This document shows positions 19,819-29,206 of a stretch of DNA of 64,000 nucleotides, piece after piece. The stretch is taken from the NCBI GenBank assembly GCA_965212225.1, contig OZ243106.1:2891374-2955373 (forward strand), read 5' to 3'. The DNA comes from Phycisphaerales bacterium. Its GTDB lineage: Bacteria; Planctomycetota; Phycisphaerae; Phycisphaerales; UBA1924. The notes beneath the pieces are model-generated. The model was not told where the DNA came from, made no database searches, and saw only the letters and a list, made by a program, of their open reading frames with translations. Every line of letters starts with the position of its first letter. Within the stretch, counting starts at the first letter, position 1. Position numbers and translations under genes: made by a program.

Positions 19819-21195
19819 TCAGCGTTCGACCGGCTGTTCGCCGGGATTCGGAGACGCCGGCTGCCCATCCGACTCCTCGAACGGGTTGTACTCGATCGGA
19901 TAATCCGGTCGGGGCTGGTACATCATCCGCATCCAGGCCACCGCCGCCCGATACTGGGGCGATCGGTCGTTCACGAACACCGGACGCCACCCCTTCACGT
20001 CCGGGTGCGGATAGAGCACGTCTTCGCGAGGCAGGGCCATCTGCAGCAGGAGCGAATCCGTCGGATTGGTGTAGTCGATCATCGGCACCGGGCGTCGCGT
20101 GTCGAAACGGTCAAGCAGAAGGAAATTGCTGTAAACCGTGGGCTCCGAGTTCGGCGAGCGGTTGAGCAGACGCAGCCGCCCCGCCTCGCTGCCCCCGTGG
20201 CACCGGGTCGTGGCGCACCGATTGGTCAGCCAGCGCGCGCTGATGTCGTTGCGGAACTTCTGCATCGACTCCGGCTGCCCGAGCACCCGCACCTCCTTGT
20301 ACAGATCGCGGGCACCCACGCGGAACATGATGTCCAGGATCTCCACCGGGGTCTTGCGATAAAAGGCCTCTTTACCCTCGCGCGTGATGGGTACGAGCGG
20401 GTGCTCGGCGTACCGCTTCAGAATCTCATCAACGGTCGATCGCTGAATGATCAGGCGAGGCTCGGCCTTGAGGTCGATCTCATAGACCTTGATCAGGTTG
20501 ATCTGCTCTTCCGAGAGCGTTTCGAAGTTGTTCCGGTCCGGCATCGACGAGCGATCACGCGGCGTCTCCGGAGCCTCGATGGGGTTCTCGCCCTCACCGG
20601 AGCGCTGGCGCTGCTCTCGGAGTTCCTGCAGAACGATCAGTTGCTCGACGACCTTCGCAAGTCGCCGGGCCTCCTCGTTGTCCGGGTCTCGGCTGAGGAT
20701 GCCCTCCAGCTCTCGCATCGCCTCGTCATAAAGGGTGTGCCGCTCGAGATAGCGCACGAGCGCGAGCAATCTCGGCAGATCGTCGTCGCGGATCGTGGGC
20801 CGGATGTCCCGATACCGCTGGGCGGGCGTCAATCGAACGGTCACGGATACGACGCGCTCACGATCGAGCGGGAGCAAAACGCCACGAATGCTGAGAATCA
20901 GCTGATTCTCTGTCTGCGCCTCAAGGGTGCCGTCGAAGAACGCCTCGCCCTTGTCGACGACGACGCGGACATCGTCGCCCGGTTCCGGCACCGCGTTCGG
21001 GTCCAGCGAAACCTCGTCCTCTTCGGTCGGAGCCGCCGCGTCCTGCGCAGCGCCTGATGCCACCCAGGCGCCGCCGGCAAGCAGCGACAGCACCATGAGG
21101 CCGATGCCCAGCCCGAGCGCGACCTGGCCGCGGCGCCATCGCGCCAAACGCGGAGCCCCGGTGCATCGCGGTCCAGGTTGGCGGCTGCTCAGCAT
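19819..21195 (-). CDS. hypothetical membrane-anchored protein with TPR-like middle and a degenerate PSCyt-like C-x4-CHGG segment
   Basis: ATG 21195 preceded by GAGGAG. N-terminal TM segment VALGLGIGLMVLSLLAGGAWV. C-terminal half contains RCATTRCHGGSEAGRLRLL. Confidence 0.7.
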   Translation of the reverse strand: MLSSRQPGPRCTGAPRLARWRRGQVALGLGIGLMVLSLLAGGAWVASGAAQDAAAPTEEDEVSLDPNAVPEPGDDVRVVVDKGEAFFDGTLEAQTENQLILSIRGVLLPLDRERVVSVTVRLTPAQRYRDIRPTIRDDDLPRLLALVRYLERHTLYDEAMRELEGILSRDPDNEEARRLAKVVEQLIVLQELREQRQRSGEGENPIEAPETPRDRSSMPDRNNFETLSEEQINLIKVYEIDLKAEPRLIIQRSTVDEILKRYAEHPLVPITREGKEAFYRKTPVEILDIMFRVGARDLYKEVRVLGQPESMQKFRNDISARWLTNRCATTRCHGGSEAGRLRLLNRSPNSEPTVYSNFLLLDRFDTRRPVPMIDYTNPTDSLLLQMALPREDVLYPHPDVKGWRPVFVNDRSPQYRAAVAWMRMMYQPRPDYPIEYNPFEESDGQPASPNPGEQPVER

Positions 21196-21268
21196 CGATT
21201 CTCGCTCCTCAGCCCGGCAGATCGGAGACCCGGGCACCATTCTTCAGACGCCCGGATAGACCGGAAGT

Positions 21269-21733
21269 TCATCGGCTTACACGCCCATTGACCACAACCA
21301 GACCCAGCAGACTCTGGGAATCCGGATCGGTCTCAAACTGCGCCAGCACCACGTTCTTCGGCCGCTGGGTCGCGAAGAACCCGCCCGCACGGAATCTCGC
21401 CCCGTACCGATTGCGGAACTCGTGCAGATCGATCCGGATGGTCTCTCCGACATCGATCCCGTCAACGACATAGGAAAACTCTTGGTTGAGCCAGACCCTT
21501 GTGGTCTCGAATCGCTGGGCGGTGGTGTTCGTCAGGCTGATCGCGTCCGCATCGCGGATCGCCTGGATGTTCAGCACCTCCGACTGGTGCTTCTCGCCCG
21601 GATAGGCGGGGAACTCGTTCAAGCCGACCACCCGCTGATCGCCCGCGCACGACGCCAAGCCTCCGATCATGGCGACAATCAGTGCCGATGCCAGCCCAAT
21701 CCTCAGCCCGAGTTGCATGCTCGATCGCTTCAT
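21269..21733 (-). CDS. small hypothetical lipoprotein
   Basis: MKRSSMQLGLRIGLASALIVAMIGGLASC lipobox; GGAGA RBS. 28 nt upstream of the next gene on the same strand. Confidence 0.65.
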   Translation of the reverse strand: MKRSSMQLGLRIGLASALIVAMIGGLASCAGDQRVVGLNEFPAYPGEKHQSEVLNIQAIRDADAISLTNTTAQRFETTRVWLNQEFSYVVDGIDVGETIRIDLHEFRNRYGARFRAGGFFATQRPKNVVLAQFETDPDSQSLLGLVVVNGRVSR

Positions 21734-21793
21734 GCGTTCTCCATTGAATCCGCGCGAACATCTCGCTCGCACCTGACGCATACTGTACCCGGA

Positions 21794-23035
21794 ATGAGCT
21801 GCGAAACCGCCTCACGCAACGCCACACCGCCCCAGCGGGCCTCCGCCGAGCACCTCGCCCCCGGCGCGAGCGCGATCGATCCGCGCGAATTCGCCGCCTC
21901 CTACACGCCCGACCCACGCCTCAGCCAGATCATCTCCGGCTTCGACGCTCCCTTTTTCCAGGCCGGGCTCGCCGGGTACTCCGACGCCGCCATGCGCATC
22001 GTCGCACGGCGCCACGGCTGCCCGATGTGCATCACCGAGGCCCTGCTCGATCGCACGCTCATCGCCGGCGGACGCGGCTTCGCCAAGGCCGACCTCGGCG
22101 ACATCGCCGACAACATCCCGGGCGGCGCCGAAGACACCCCCCTCGTCGGGCAGATCATGGGCTCCAACGCGGACGAAATGGCGGCCGCCGCCGTCAAGAT
22201 GGTCGAGCAGGCCAAACGCCCCAACCACGAGTACCGCAAACTCGCCCAACGGGGCCTCGCCGGTGCCCCCGAGGGCAAACAGGTCACTCCCGGCGACGAC
22301 ACCCCCGGCTTCGCCTCCATCGATGTCAACCTCGCCTGCCCCGTCAAGAAGATCTCCAAGAAGGCCCGGGGCGGGCATTGGCTGCGCGAGCCCGATGGGG
22401 CCATCGACATCCTCAAAGCCGTGCGCGAGGCCCTGCCGCCTGAGCAGGTGACCAGCGTCAAGATGCGCCGCGGCTTCGACGACACCCCCGACGCGGAGCG
22501 AAACTTCTACCGAATTTTCGACGCGGCCTACGAGATGGGCTACGGCTTCGTCACCGTCCACGGGCGCACCGTCGAGCAGAAGTACATCGGCCCGAGCCGC
22601 TGGCCCTTCCTGAAGTCGCTCGTCGAGGCCCGCCCAGATCGGCCGATCTTCGGTTCCGGCGATGTCTGGGACGCCGACGAGATCTTCCGCATGCTCGCCT
22701 ACACCGGCGTCCACGCCGTCTCGGTCGCTCGCGGCTGCATCGGCAACCCGTGGATCTTCCGCCAGGCCCGCCAGATGCTCGCCGGCGAAGCGGTCACCCG
22801 GCCCACCATCGCCGAGCAGCGCGAGGTGCTGCTCCAGCACTTCGACCTGTCGGTCGCCGTCAACGGCGAGAACCGAGCCGGTCCGATGATGCGCAAGTTC
22901 GGGATCAAGTTCGCCACGCACCACCCGACGCCCGAGGCCGTAAAGCAGCGATTCTGCCGGGTCAGCAACACTGATGAATGGCGAGCAGTCCTCGACGACT
23001 TCTACGCCGGCGAACCTGCCGGCATGCCCACCTGA
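21794..23035 (+). CDS. dus: tRNA-dihydrouridine synthase
   Basis: FFQAGLAGYSDAAMRIVARRHG and IDVNLACPVKK (catalytic Cys context), plus a TIM-barrel Dus pattern. The part of ORF 21422..23035 upstream of 21794 overlaps the opposite-strand lipoprotein gene and was rejected. Confidence 0.85.
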   Translation: MSCETASRNATPPQRASAEHLAPGASAIDPREFAASYTPDPRLSQIISGFDAPFFQAGLAGYSDAAMRIVARRHGCPMCITEALLDRTLIAGGRGFAKADLGDIADNIPGGAEDTPLVGQIMGSNADEMAAAAVKMVEQAKRPNHEYRKLAQRGLAGAPEGKQVTPGDDTPGFASIDVNLACPVKKISKKARGGHWLREPDGAIDILKAVREALPPEQVTSVKMRRGFDDTPDAERNFYRIFDAAYEMGYGFVTVHGRTVEQKYIGPSRWPFLKSLVEARPDRPIFGSGDVWDADEIFRMLAYTGVHAVSVARGCIGNPWIFRQARQMLAGEAVTRPTIAEQREVLLQHFDLSVAVNGENRAGPMMRKFGIKFATHHPTPEAVKQRFCRVSNTDEWRAVLDDFYAGEPAGMPT

Positions 23036-23084
23036 TCGGGCTGTTCTCGGACCCGACTCGCGTTGCCCATTTTCCCCCGTAGGT

Positions 23085-23921
23085 ATGTCTACCCCCTCAT
23101 TTCCTTCTTTCGGGTGGTCTATCCCGAGCAAACGCTCGGATCCGGCGCATGCTTCCCTTGGAGCAAGCAAAGAGCCGAACGAGGACCCCCCCGTGCGCCA
23201 ACCAGTCCGAGCCTTTTATACAGAGACCCCGGTGGACAGCCTCCCGTCCTCCGACCTGTACGCCCCGGCTCGGACCACCTTCGGCGAATACCGCTTCCAG
23301 CACGCCTCCGACCCCGGCCCCCTGCTCTCGGGCGATCTCGTCGATTTCATCCCGTCCACGGACGGTCTCGCCACGGTCTGCTTCGGCGACGCGTCGGGCC
23401 ACGGCTTCCGTGCGGCGATGACCAGTTCGCTGACCCGCACGGTCCTCCGCGCGAAGGACGCCGACGCCACGCCCTCCGGGCTCGTGCGTCGAGCCAATAC
23501 CCTGCTCACACGACTCCGCAGCCGTCCCCGCTTCGTGTCGCTGTGGATCGGCAGCTTCGGGGCCAACGGTTCCATTTCGTTCATCGACGCCGGGCATGGC
23601 CACTGGTTCATCCTCGACGCCGAGGGCCAACTCCGTGCGATCTCGGCTGTGGGCAACATCCCGATCGGCATCGATCCCGCGATCGATTACGCCCCTGAGC
23701 AGATCACGCTGGACCACGGAGATCGTCTGGTGCTCTTCTCCGACGGCATCGTCGAACAGCGCAATCGCACCGGCGAGGAGTTCGGCCTGCGCCGGCTCCT
23801 CAGCGCGGTCCGCAACGCCGCGTCCGACGCCGCGGAATCGGTCATCCGAGCCGCGCGTCAGCACAGCGAAACCGCTTCACTGCTCGACGACGCGAGCATC
23901 GCGATCGTCGAACGAATCTGA
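23085..23921 (+). CDS. PP2C-family (SpoIIE/RsbU-like) serine phosphatase
   Basis: GDASGHGFRAAM, IDAGHG and LVLFSDGIVE motifs. Start uncertain; ORF begins at 22974. Confidence 0.8.
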   Translation: MSTPSFPSFGWSIPSKRSDPAHASLGASKEPNEDPPVRQPVRAFYTETPVDSLPSSDLYAPARTTFGEYRFQHASDPGPLLSGDLVDFIPSTDGLATVCFGDASGHGFRAAMTSSLTRTVLRAKDADATPSGLVRRANTLLTRLRSRPRFVSLWIGSFGANGSISFIDAGHGHWFILDAEGQLRAISAVGNIPIGIDPAIDYAPEQITLDHGDRLVLFSDGIVEQRNRTGEEFGLRRLLSAVRNAASDAAESVIRAARQHSETASLLDDASIAIVERI

Positions 23922-23928
23922 AACCGGA

Positions 23929-24924
23929 TCACACGCGATCGTCGTCCGGGGTCGCCGCGACCACGCGCGGGTTGTGCCCGGACGGCTCGATGTGGATCAG
24001 CACCGACGCGACCGCCGGCATCTCGCGCCGCACCACATCTTTCACCTTCCCGGTCAGGTCGTGCGCATCCTTCACGGTCATCTGCGGGTCCACCTCGGCG
24101 TGCATGATCACCCGGTACAGGCGCCCCGTCTTCCGCGCCTCGCAGCGCTCGACCGCGGTGATGCCCTCTACGCGCATCGCCGCCTGTGTGCATCGCGTGG
24201 CGACCGATGCGTCGTTGCGATCGATCAGTTCGTGGTACGGCTCGCGCAGCAACAGGACGCCGTTGACGCCGATCGCCAGCGACGCCGCGAGGGCCGCCCA
24301 GTCATCGGCGACGGCCCATTCTGGCCCGCCGATCAGCGCGATCGAGATCCCGATGAAGGCCAGTGCGCTGGTGATCGCGTCGGACCGGTGGTGCCAGGCG
24401 TCGGCGTGTCCCGCGCTGCTCGCGGCACCCTTCGCCGCTCGGCGCGTGACCCGGAACATGGTCTCCTTCACCACCACCACGACCACCAGCACGACCAGCG
24501 TGAATGAAGCCGGCATCTCGTGCGGCGTGCGGATCTGGTGGATCGCCTCCGCCGCGATCCCGATACCCGCGACGATGATCAGCACCCCCACCGCGAGCGC
24601 GGCGAGCGCCTCGGCCTTGCCGTGCCCGAACGGGTGCTCCTCATCGGGAGGCCGACGCCCGTAGCGCAGCCCGCCCCAGATCACTGCTGACCCGGCGATG
24701 TCTGCCATGGATTCGACGGCATCGGCCACCAGCGCGAACGAGTTGCCGAGGATGCCCGCGAGCAGTTTGGCCCCCGCGAGCATCGCGTTGACGAGGATGC
24801 CGACGAGTGCGATCCGCTGGGGCGCGTCGAGGGGGTCAGGCGCGGGAGATTTGGGAGCCGGGGCGGGCATGGTGGGCAGGGTATCGGGCGGCGCTCGGGT
24901 TTGGCTTGACGAGTCAGACGGCAC
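23929..24924 (-). CDS. cation diffusion facilitator (CDF) family metal efflux transporter
   Basis: NSFALVADAVESMADIAGS...HPFGHGKAEALAAL motifs, six TMs and a C-terminal cytoplasmic domain. GTG start at 24924; alternative ATG at 24870. Confidence 0.88.
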   Translation of the reverse strand: MPSDSSSQTRAPPDTLPTMPAPAPKSPAPDPLDAPQRIALVGILVNAMLAGAKLLAGILGNSFALVADAVESMADIAGSAVIWGGLRYGRRPPDEEHPFGHGKAEALAALAVGVLIIVAGIGIAAEAIHQIRTPHEMPASFTLVVLVVVVVVKETMFRVTRRAAKGAASSAGHADAWHHRSDAITSALAFIGISIALIGGPEWAVADDWAALAASLAIGVNGVLLLREPYHELIDRNDASVATRCTQAAMRVEGITAVERCEARKTGRLYRVIMHAEVDPQMTVKDAHDLTGKVKDVVRREMPAVASVLIHIEPSGHNPRVVAATPDDDRV

Positions 24925-24983
24925 GCGATCCGGCCTCTGGCCTCTGCCGGCCTATCAACCGGATGCTACGATGCCCGTCCCCC

Positions 24984-25070
24984 GGTGCGGTGGCCGAGCG
25001 GCTGAAGGCGCTCGACTTGAAATCGAGTAAACCCGAAAGGGTTTCGTGGGTTCGAATCCCACCCGCACCG
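24984..25070 (+). tRNA. tRNA-Ser (anticodon UGA)
   Basis: Hand-folded. Acceptor GGTGCGG/CCGCACC, 3-bp D stem GCC/GGC, anticodon arm CTCGA-CTTGAAA-TCGAG, long variable arm AAACCC-GAAA-GGGTTT, T arm GTGGG-TTCGAAT-CCCAC. No encoded CCA. Confidence 0.9.
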
Positions 25071-25122
25071 CTTCTTTCGCCCCGTTCCGGCCGAATCCCG
25101 AGGCCGCGTCAAGGATGCACGC

Positions 25123-26280
25123 ATGGACCCGGCCGAACCCGCCCAGCCCGAGACGCCGGACACCCCCGTCGCGCCGGATTCCCTGCCGCCCCACCCGACG
25201 CTGACCGAGTATTTCCGCCAGCTCGGCCCGGTCGTCGGCTTACTGATCCTGCTCTCGCTGTCGGCCCCGGCGATCTTTGGCACCTTCGTGCTTGGGTATG
25301 GGGCGGTGAGCGCGTTCAGCGCGAACGCCAACCCCAACGATCCAAACGCCCCCGACTACCACCCGCTGGCGGGCGACTGGGCGGGCGAGGGGCTGTCGCT
25401 GAAGATCCGCGTGGACGACGACCAGGCACCGCCCGTGACCGGCGAGGCGTCGTGGAACGACATCGACCTCGCCTTCGAGCTCGCGACTCGCGACCTGCCA
25501 GCCAGCGCCGAGGCCACCACCGAGCAGGGCGCCACCTACGAAGTCACCCTGCGCGAATCCGAGCGTGGGGCGTCCATTGCCATCGGCTCACCCGATGCGC
25601 AAGCCCCCGCCTTCGAGCTCACGCGCCAGCAATCGCTCGTCGGCGAACTCATCGACACCGCGGGCATCGCCCTCGCCGCCCTGATCATCGCCCTGCTCTT
25701 CGCGCTCTTCACCGGCTCGGCCCTGCTCCCGACCTACGCCCTCTCCTTCGCGTCGGGCGTGTTCTTCGGCCCGGTCTGGGGCTCGCTGGTCGCGATGTGC
25801 GGCGTAACGTTTGGCGCGCTCGTCGGCTACGGCTGGGGCATCCTGCTCGCACGGAAGCGGGTCATGCGCGTCGTCGAGGCGAACCCGCGCGTCAAGCTCA
25901 TCCGCTCGGCCATCGTTGATCGCTCGCTCAAGGACGAGACCATCGCCGTCACGCTGATCCGGATCCCGCCGAACTCCCCGTTCGCGCTCACGAACCTGAT
26001 CATGTCCTCGCTCCACGTGCGCTTCGTGCCCTATTTCGTCGGCACGCTCGTCGGCATCGCCCCGCGCACGCTCATCGCGGTCTTCCTCGGCGTGGGCATC
26101 GGCGAGATCGCTGAGGCCAAGTCCGCGGGCGGGCGCCTGCGCATCGGCATCAGCGTGGCCGTGGGCATCGCGGTGTTCTACTTCATCTACCGGCTGTTCA
26201 GTCGCTGGGTGAAGGAACGCCTTGCCCAGACTGCCGCGCAGGCGATGCCCGAAGCCGAAATTCGCCCCGACTCCGCGTAA
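25123..26280 (+). CDS. TVP38/TMEM64 (DedA-related) family membrane protein with about 130-aa extra-membrane insert
   Basis: LLPTYALSFASGVFFGPVWGSLVAMCGVTFGALVGYGWG...IRIPPNSPFALTNLIMS pattern is typical of the family. Confidence 0.7.
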   Translation: MDPAEPAQPETPDTPVAPDSLPPHPTLTEYFRQLGPVVGLLILLSLSAPAIFGTFVLGYGAVSAFSANANPNDPNAPDYHPLAGDWAGEGLSLKIRVDDDQAPPVTGEASWNDIDLAFELATRDLPASAEATTEQGATYEVTLRESERGASIAIGSPDAQAPAFELTRQQSLVGELIDTAGIALAALIIALLFALFTGSALLPTYALSFASGVFFGPVWGSLVAMCGVTFGALVGYGWGILLARKRVMRVVEANPRVKLIRSAIVDRSLKDETIAVTLIRIPPNSPFALTNLIMSSLHVRFVPYFVGTLVGIAPRTLIAVFLGVGIGEIAEAKSAGGRLRIGISVAVGIAVFYFIYRLFSRWVKERLAQTAAQAMPEAEIRPDSA

Positions 26281-26363
26281 ACCGCGAGTGGCACCGCTGG
26301 TATCCCACGCTAGGATCGGGCTTTCGTCCGACCATTTCCGTCTGTTTGCGAGGAGATCCCACC

Positions 26364-29183
26364 ATGCGCCGATCGATGTCCGTCCTGCCTCTCGTGCTCT
26401 GTGGTCTGCTCGCTCAGGACATCGCCGCCGCAGCTGGCAACCCGTCCTCGCTCCCGTCCGCCTCGCCCGTCCCCGCCGGTGAACAGCCCTTCAACTTCCG
26501 TTTCGACGGCATGACCGGCAACCTGACCTACAACGACGCGGTCCCCAGCGTGCAAGACTTCCTCGGCTACGCCACCGGCGAACACTTCACCCGCCACAGC
26601 GACACCATCGCCTACGCCAAGGCCCTCGCCGATGCCTCCGATCGCGTCCTCTACACGCCCTACGGCCAGACCCACCAGCGCCGCGAACTCGGCATCCTGA
26701 CCGTTTCTTCGCCGCGCAACCTTTCGCGTCTCGACAGCATCCTTGAGCGAAATCGCTCGCTGGCGAACCCCGACGACATCGACTCGGCGCGCATGCTCGA
26801 GATCGCCGGCTCCAACCCCGCCGTCGTCTGGCTGAGCTTCAACGTCCACGGCAACGAGGCCTCCTGCACCGAGGCCGCGCAGGAAGTCGCCTACGCCCTC
26901 GCCGCCTCGACCAACCCCGAGGTCGAGCGCGTGCTCGAAAACGTCGTCGTCGTCATCGACCCGTGCCTGAACCCCGACGGACGCTCGCGCTACATCAACT
27001 GGTACGACCAGATCGTCGGCGTCACGCCCGACCCGAACCCCGATGCGCGCGAGCACGACGAGCCGTGGCCCTCCGGTCGCGCCAACCATTACCTGTTCGA
27101 CCTCAACCGCGACTGGGTCTGGGGCACGCAGCCCGAATCGCGCCAGCGCATGGCGATGTACCGGCAGTACATGCCGCAGGTCCACATCGACTACCACGAG
27201 CAGGGCACGCACTCGCCCTACTTCCTCGGCGCGGGCGATACGCCATACAACGTGAACATCCCCGCCGAGTCCAAGGACTGGTTCGACCGCCTCGGGCGCG
27301 CCAGCGCTGAGGCCTTCGATCGCAACGGCCTGCCCTACGCCACCAAGGAACGCTTCGACTACCTCTACCCCGGCTACGGCAAGGTGACGCCCGTCTACCA
27401 CGGCGCGGTCTCCCTGCTCACCGAGCAGGCCGGACACGGGCGGGCCGGCCTGACCATCGACGTCGAAGCCGCGAACACACCCGGCTACAACCTCTCCCTG
27501 CAGGACCGTGCGCGGAACCACTACATCACCGCGATGTCCTACATCGAGCACACCGCCCAGAACCGTCAGGCCCAGATCGAACGATTCGCCCGCTACTTCC
27601 GCGATTCGAACGCCGGCCCCTCCGACACCATCGCCGGCTTTGTTTTCGACGCCGACAACGACCCCGCCAAACTCGCCAAGCTCTGGGACCTCTGCTCGCT
27701 CCACGGCTTCGAGGTCCATCGCCTGACCCGAAGCGTCGAGGTGCCGGGCGAGACCGTGCGCACCTATTACCCGCCGTTCTCCACTGACCAGCAGAGCGTC
27801 TCACTCGATGCGGGCTCCTGGTTCATCCCGACCGCGCAGCCGATGGGTCGCTACGTCCTCACCACCCTGGAACGCGAGACCTTCGTGGAGGACCGCGACA
27901 CCTACGACATCACGAGCTGGTCCTACCCGGTCATGCTCGGCCTCGACGCGATGGAAGTGACGCATCCGCTCGACCCTGGCACCCTCGAACGCGTGGAGTC
28001 CTACGACCCGTACGCGTATGTCGGGCTCGTCGACCCCGTCGACTTCGCGAGCTACTACGCATTCTTCATCGCCTCGGACGACCACCGCTTCCCCGAGGCG
28101 CTCGCCATGGCCGCGGAGCACCACCTCGTCGCGCGCCTGACCGGGGACGCCATCACGCTCCGCGCCAGCGGCACTGTGCCAGCCGGATCCCTTCTAGTGA
28201 TGCCCAGCCGCAACGACACCGAGAATGTCCGCGAATTCGCAAGCCGCGCGTTCAGGGCCGGCTTCAGCATGCACGCCACCGACACCGGCTACCCCGCCTC
28301 CGGCCCCGCCGTCGGCAACAACGCCAACCGGCGCTTCATGCCCGCGAAGATCGTCCTCGCCTCCGGCTCGCCCCTGAGTTCACTGAGCTTCGGCCACACC
28401 TGGCACATGCTCGACCATGTCTCCCCCACCGACTACACCGCCGTCAACGTCGACAGCCTCGGCTCGGTCGACTGGGAAGACGTCAACGTCCTCGTGCTCC
28501 CCAGCGGCTGGCTCGGCTCGACCATCTCCGGCTCGACCCTCGACGCCCTGAGGTCCTGGGTCCGCTCCGGCGGCACCGTCGTCGCCCTCAGCAGTTCGGC
28601 CCGCTGGGCCTCGTCCGAACTCGTCGGGCTCGATTCCGATGAGAACGTCGACGCCGACTCCGACGCCGATCCGCTTCCCTGGGACACCACCGACCAGACC
28701 AAGTCCGCCGATGTGCACACGCTCACCTACGCCGAGCGCGAGCAGCGCGGCGTCGACCGGCGCGTCCCCGGCGCCCTCCTCGCCGCGACCATCGACACCA
28801 CCCACCCGCTCAGCGCCGGTCTCGACGAGCGCGTCGGCTTCCACGTGTTCTCCGGATCGCCGCTCCCAGTGGACTCCGGCGGCTACGTGCTCGCCCGTTT
28901 CGACGAGTTCACCCCGACCGACGACATCGAATCGCAGACCTTCTCCCCGCGCATCGGCGGCAGCATCTCCCCCGCCAACCTCCAGCGCCTCTCCGGCCAG
29001 CCCGCCGTCACCCACCATCGCGTCGGTCGCGGCAACGTCGTCTGCTTCGCCAGCGACCCGACCAACCGCGGCATGAACCACGCGGGGATGCGCGTGCTCC
29101 TCAACGCCATCCACCTCGGCCCCTCGATGTCCGGAGCCCAGCCGCTGGGCGAGGATGACGATTCCGAAGTTCAGGGCGACTGA
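26364..29183 (+). CDS. secreted M14-family zinc carboxypeptidase, large multidomain
   Basis: NVHGNEAS (HxxE zinc site), NPDGR and IDYHEQG motifs. Signal peptide MRRSMSVLPLVLCGLLAQDIAAA. GAGGAG RBS before ATG 26364. Confidence 0.85.
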   Translation: MRRSMSVLPLVLCGLLAQDIAAAAGNPSSLPSASPVPAGEQPFNFRFDGMTGNLTYNDAVPSVQDFLGYATGEHFTRHSDTIAYAKALADASDRVLYTPYGQTHQRRELGILTVSSPRNLSRLDSILERNRSLANPDDIDSARMLEIAGSNPAVVWLSFNVHGNEASCTEAAQEVAYALAASTNPEVERVLENVVVVIDPCLNPDGRSRYINWYDQIVGVTPDPNPDAREHDEPWPSGRANHYLFDLNRDWVWGTQPESRQRMAMYRQYMPQVHIDYHEQGTHSPYFLGAGDTPYNVNIPAESKDWFDRLGRASAEAFDRNGLPYATKERFDYLYPGYGKVTPVYHGAVSLLTEQAGHGRAGLTIDVEAANTPGYNLSLQDRARNHYITAMSYIEHTAQNRQAQIERFARYFRDSNAGPSDTIAGFVFDADNDPAKLAKLWDLCSLHGFEVHRLTRSVEVPGETVRTYYPPFSTDQQSVSLDAGSWFIPTAQPMGRYVLTTLERETFVEDRDTYDITSWSYPVMLGLDAMEVTHPLDPGTLERVESYDPYAYVGLVDPVDFASYYAFFIASDDHRFPEALAMAAEHHLVARLTGDAITLRASGTVPAGSLLVMPSRNDTENVREFASRAFRAGFSMHATDTGYPASGPAVGNNANRRFMPAKIVLASGSPLSSLSFGHTWHMLDHVSPTDYTAVNVDSLGSVDWEDVNVLVLPSGWLGSTISGSTLDALRSWVRSGGTVVALSSSARWASSELVGLDSDENVDADSDADPLPWDTTDQTKSADVHTLTYAEREQRGVDRRVPGALLAATIDTTHPLSAGLDERVGFHVFSGSPLPVDSGGYVLARFDEFTPTDDIESQTFSPRIGGSISPANLQRLSGQPAVTHHRVGRGNVVCFASDPTNRGMNHAGMRVLLNAIHLGPSMSGAQPLGEDDDSEVQGD

Positions 29184-29206
29184 CCCGCAGCGCGTACACT
29201 GCCCAC

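Noticed and set aside
20190-20250. CATTRCHG in the 458-aa protein as a haem c attachment site
   Set aside because: The spacing is C-x4-CH rather than CxxCH, so it cannot be called a cytochrome c motif. It is kept only as a degenerate PSCyt-like resemblance.
21422-21793. Upstream extension of the dus ORF. Analogous cases are 49498..50139 before the isochorismatase gene and 47080..47340 before the PEP-CTERM gene.
   Set aside because: The extensions overlap other supported genes or intergenic DNA and lack signal or homology. Internal ATGs with Shine-Dalgarno sequences give products with sensible N-termini.
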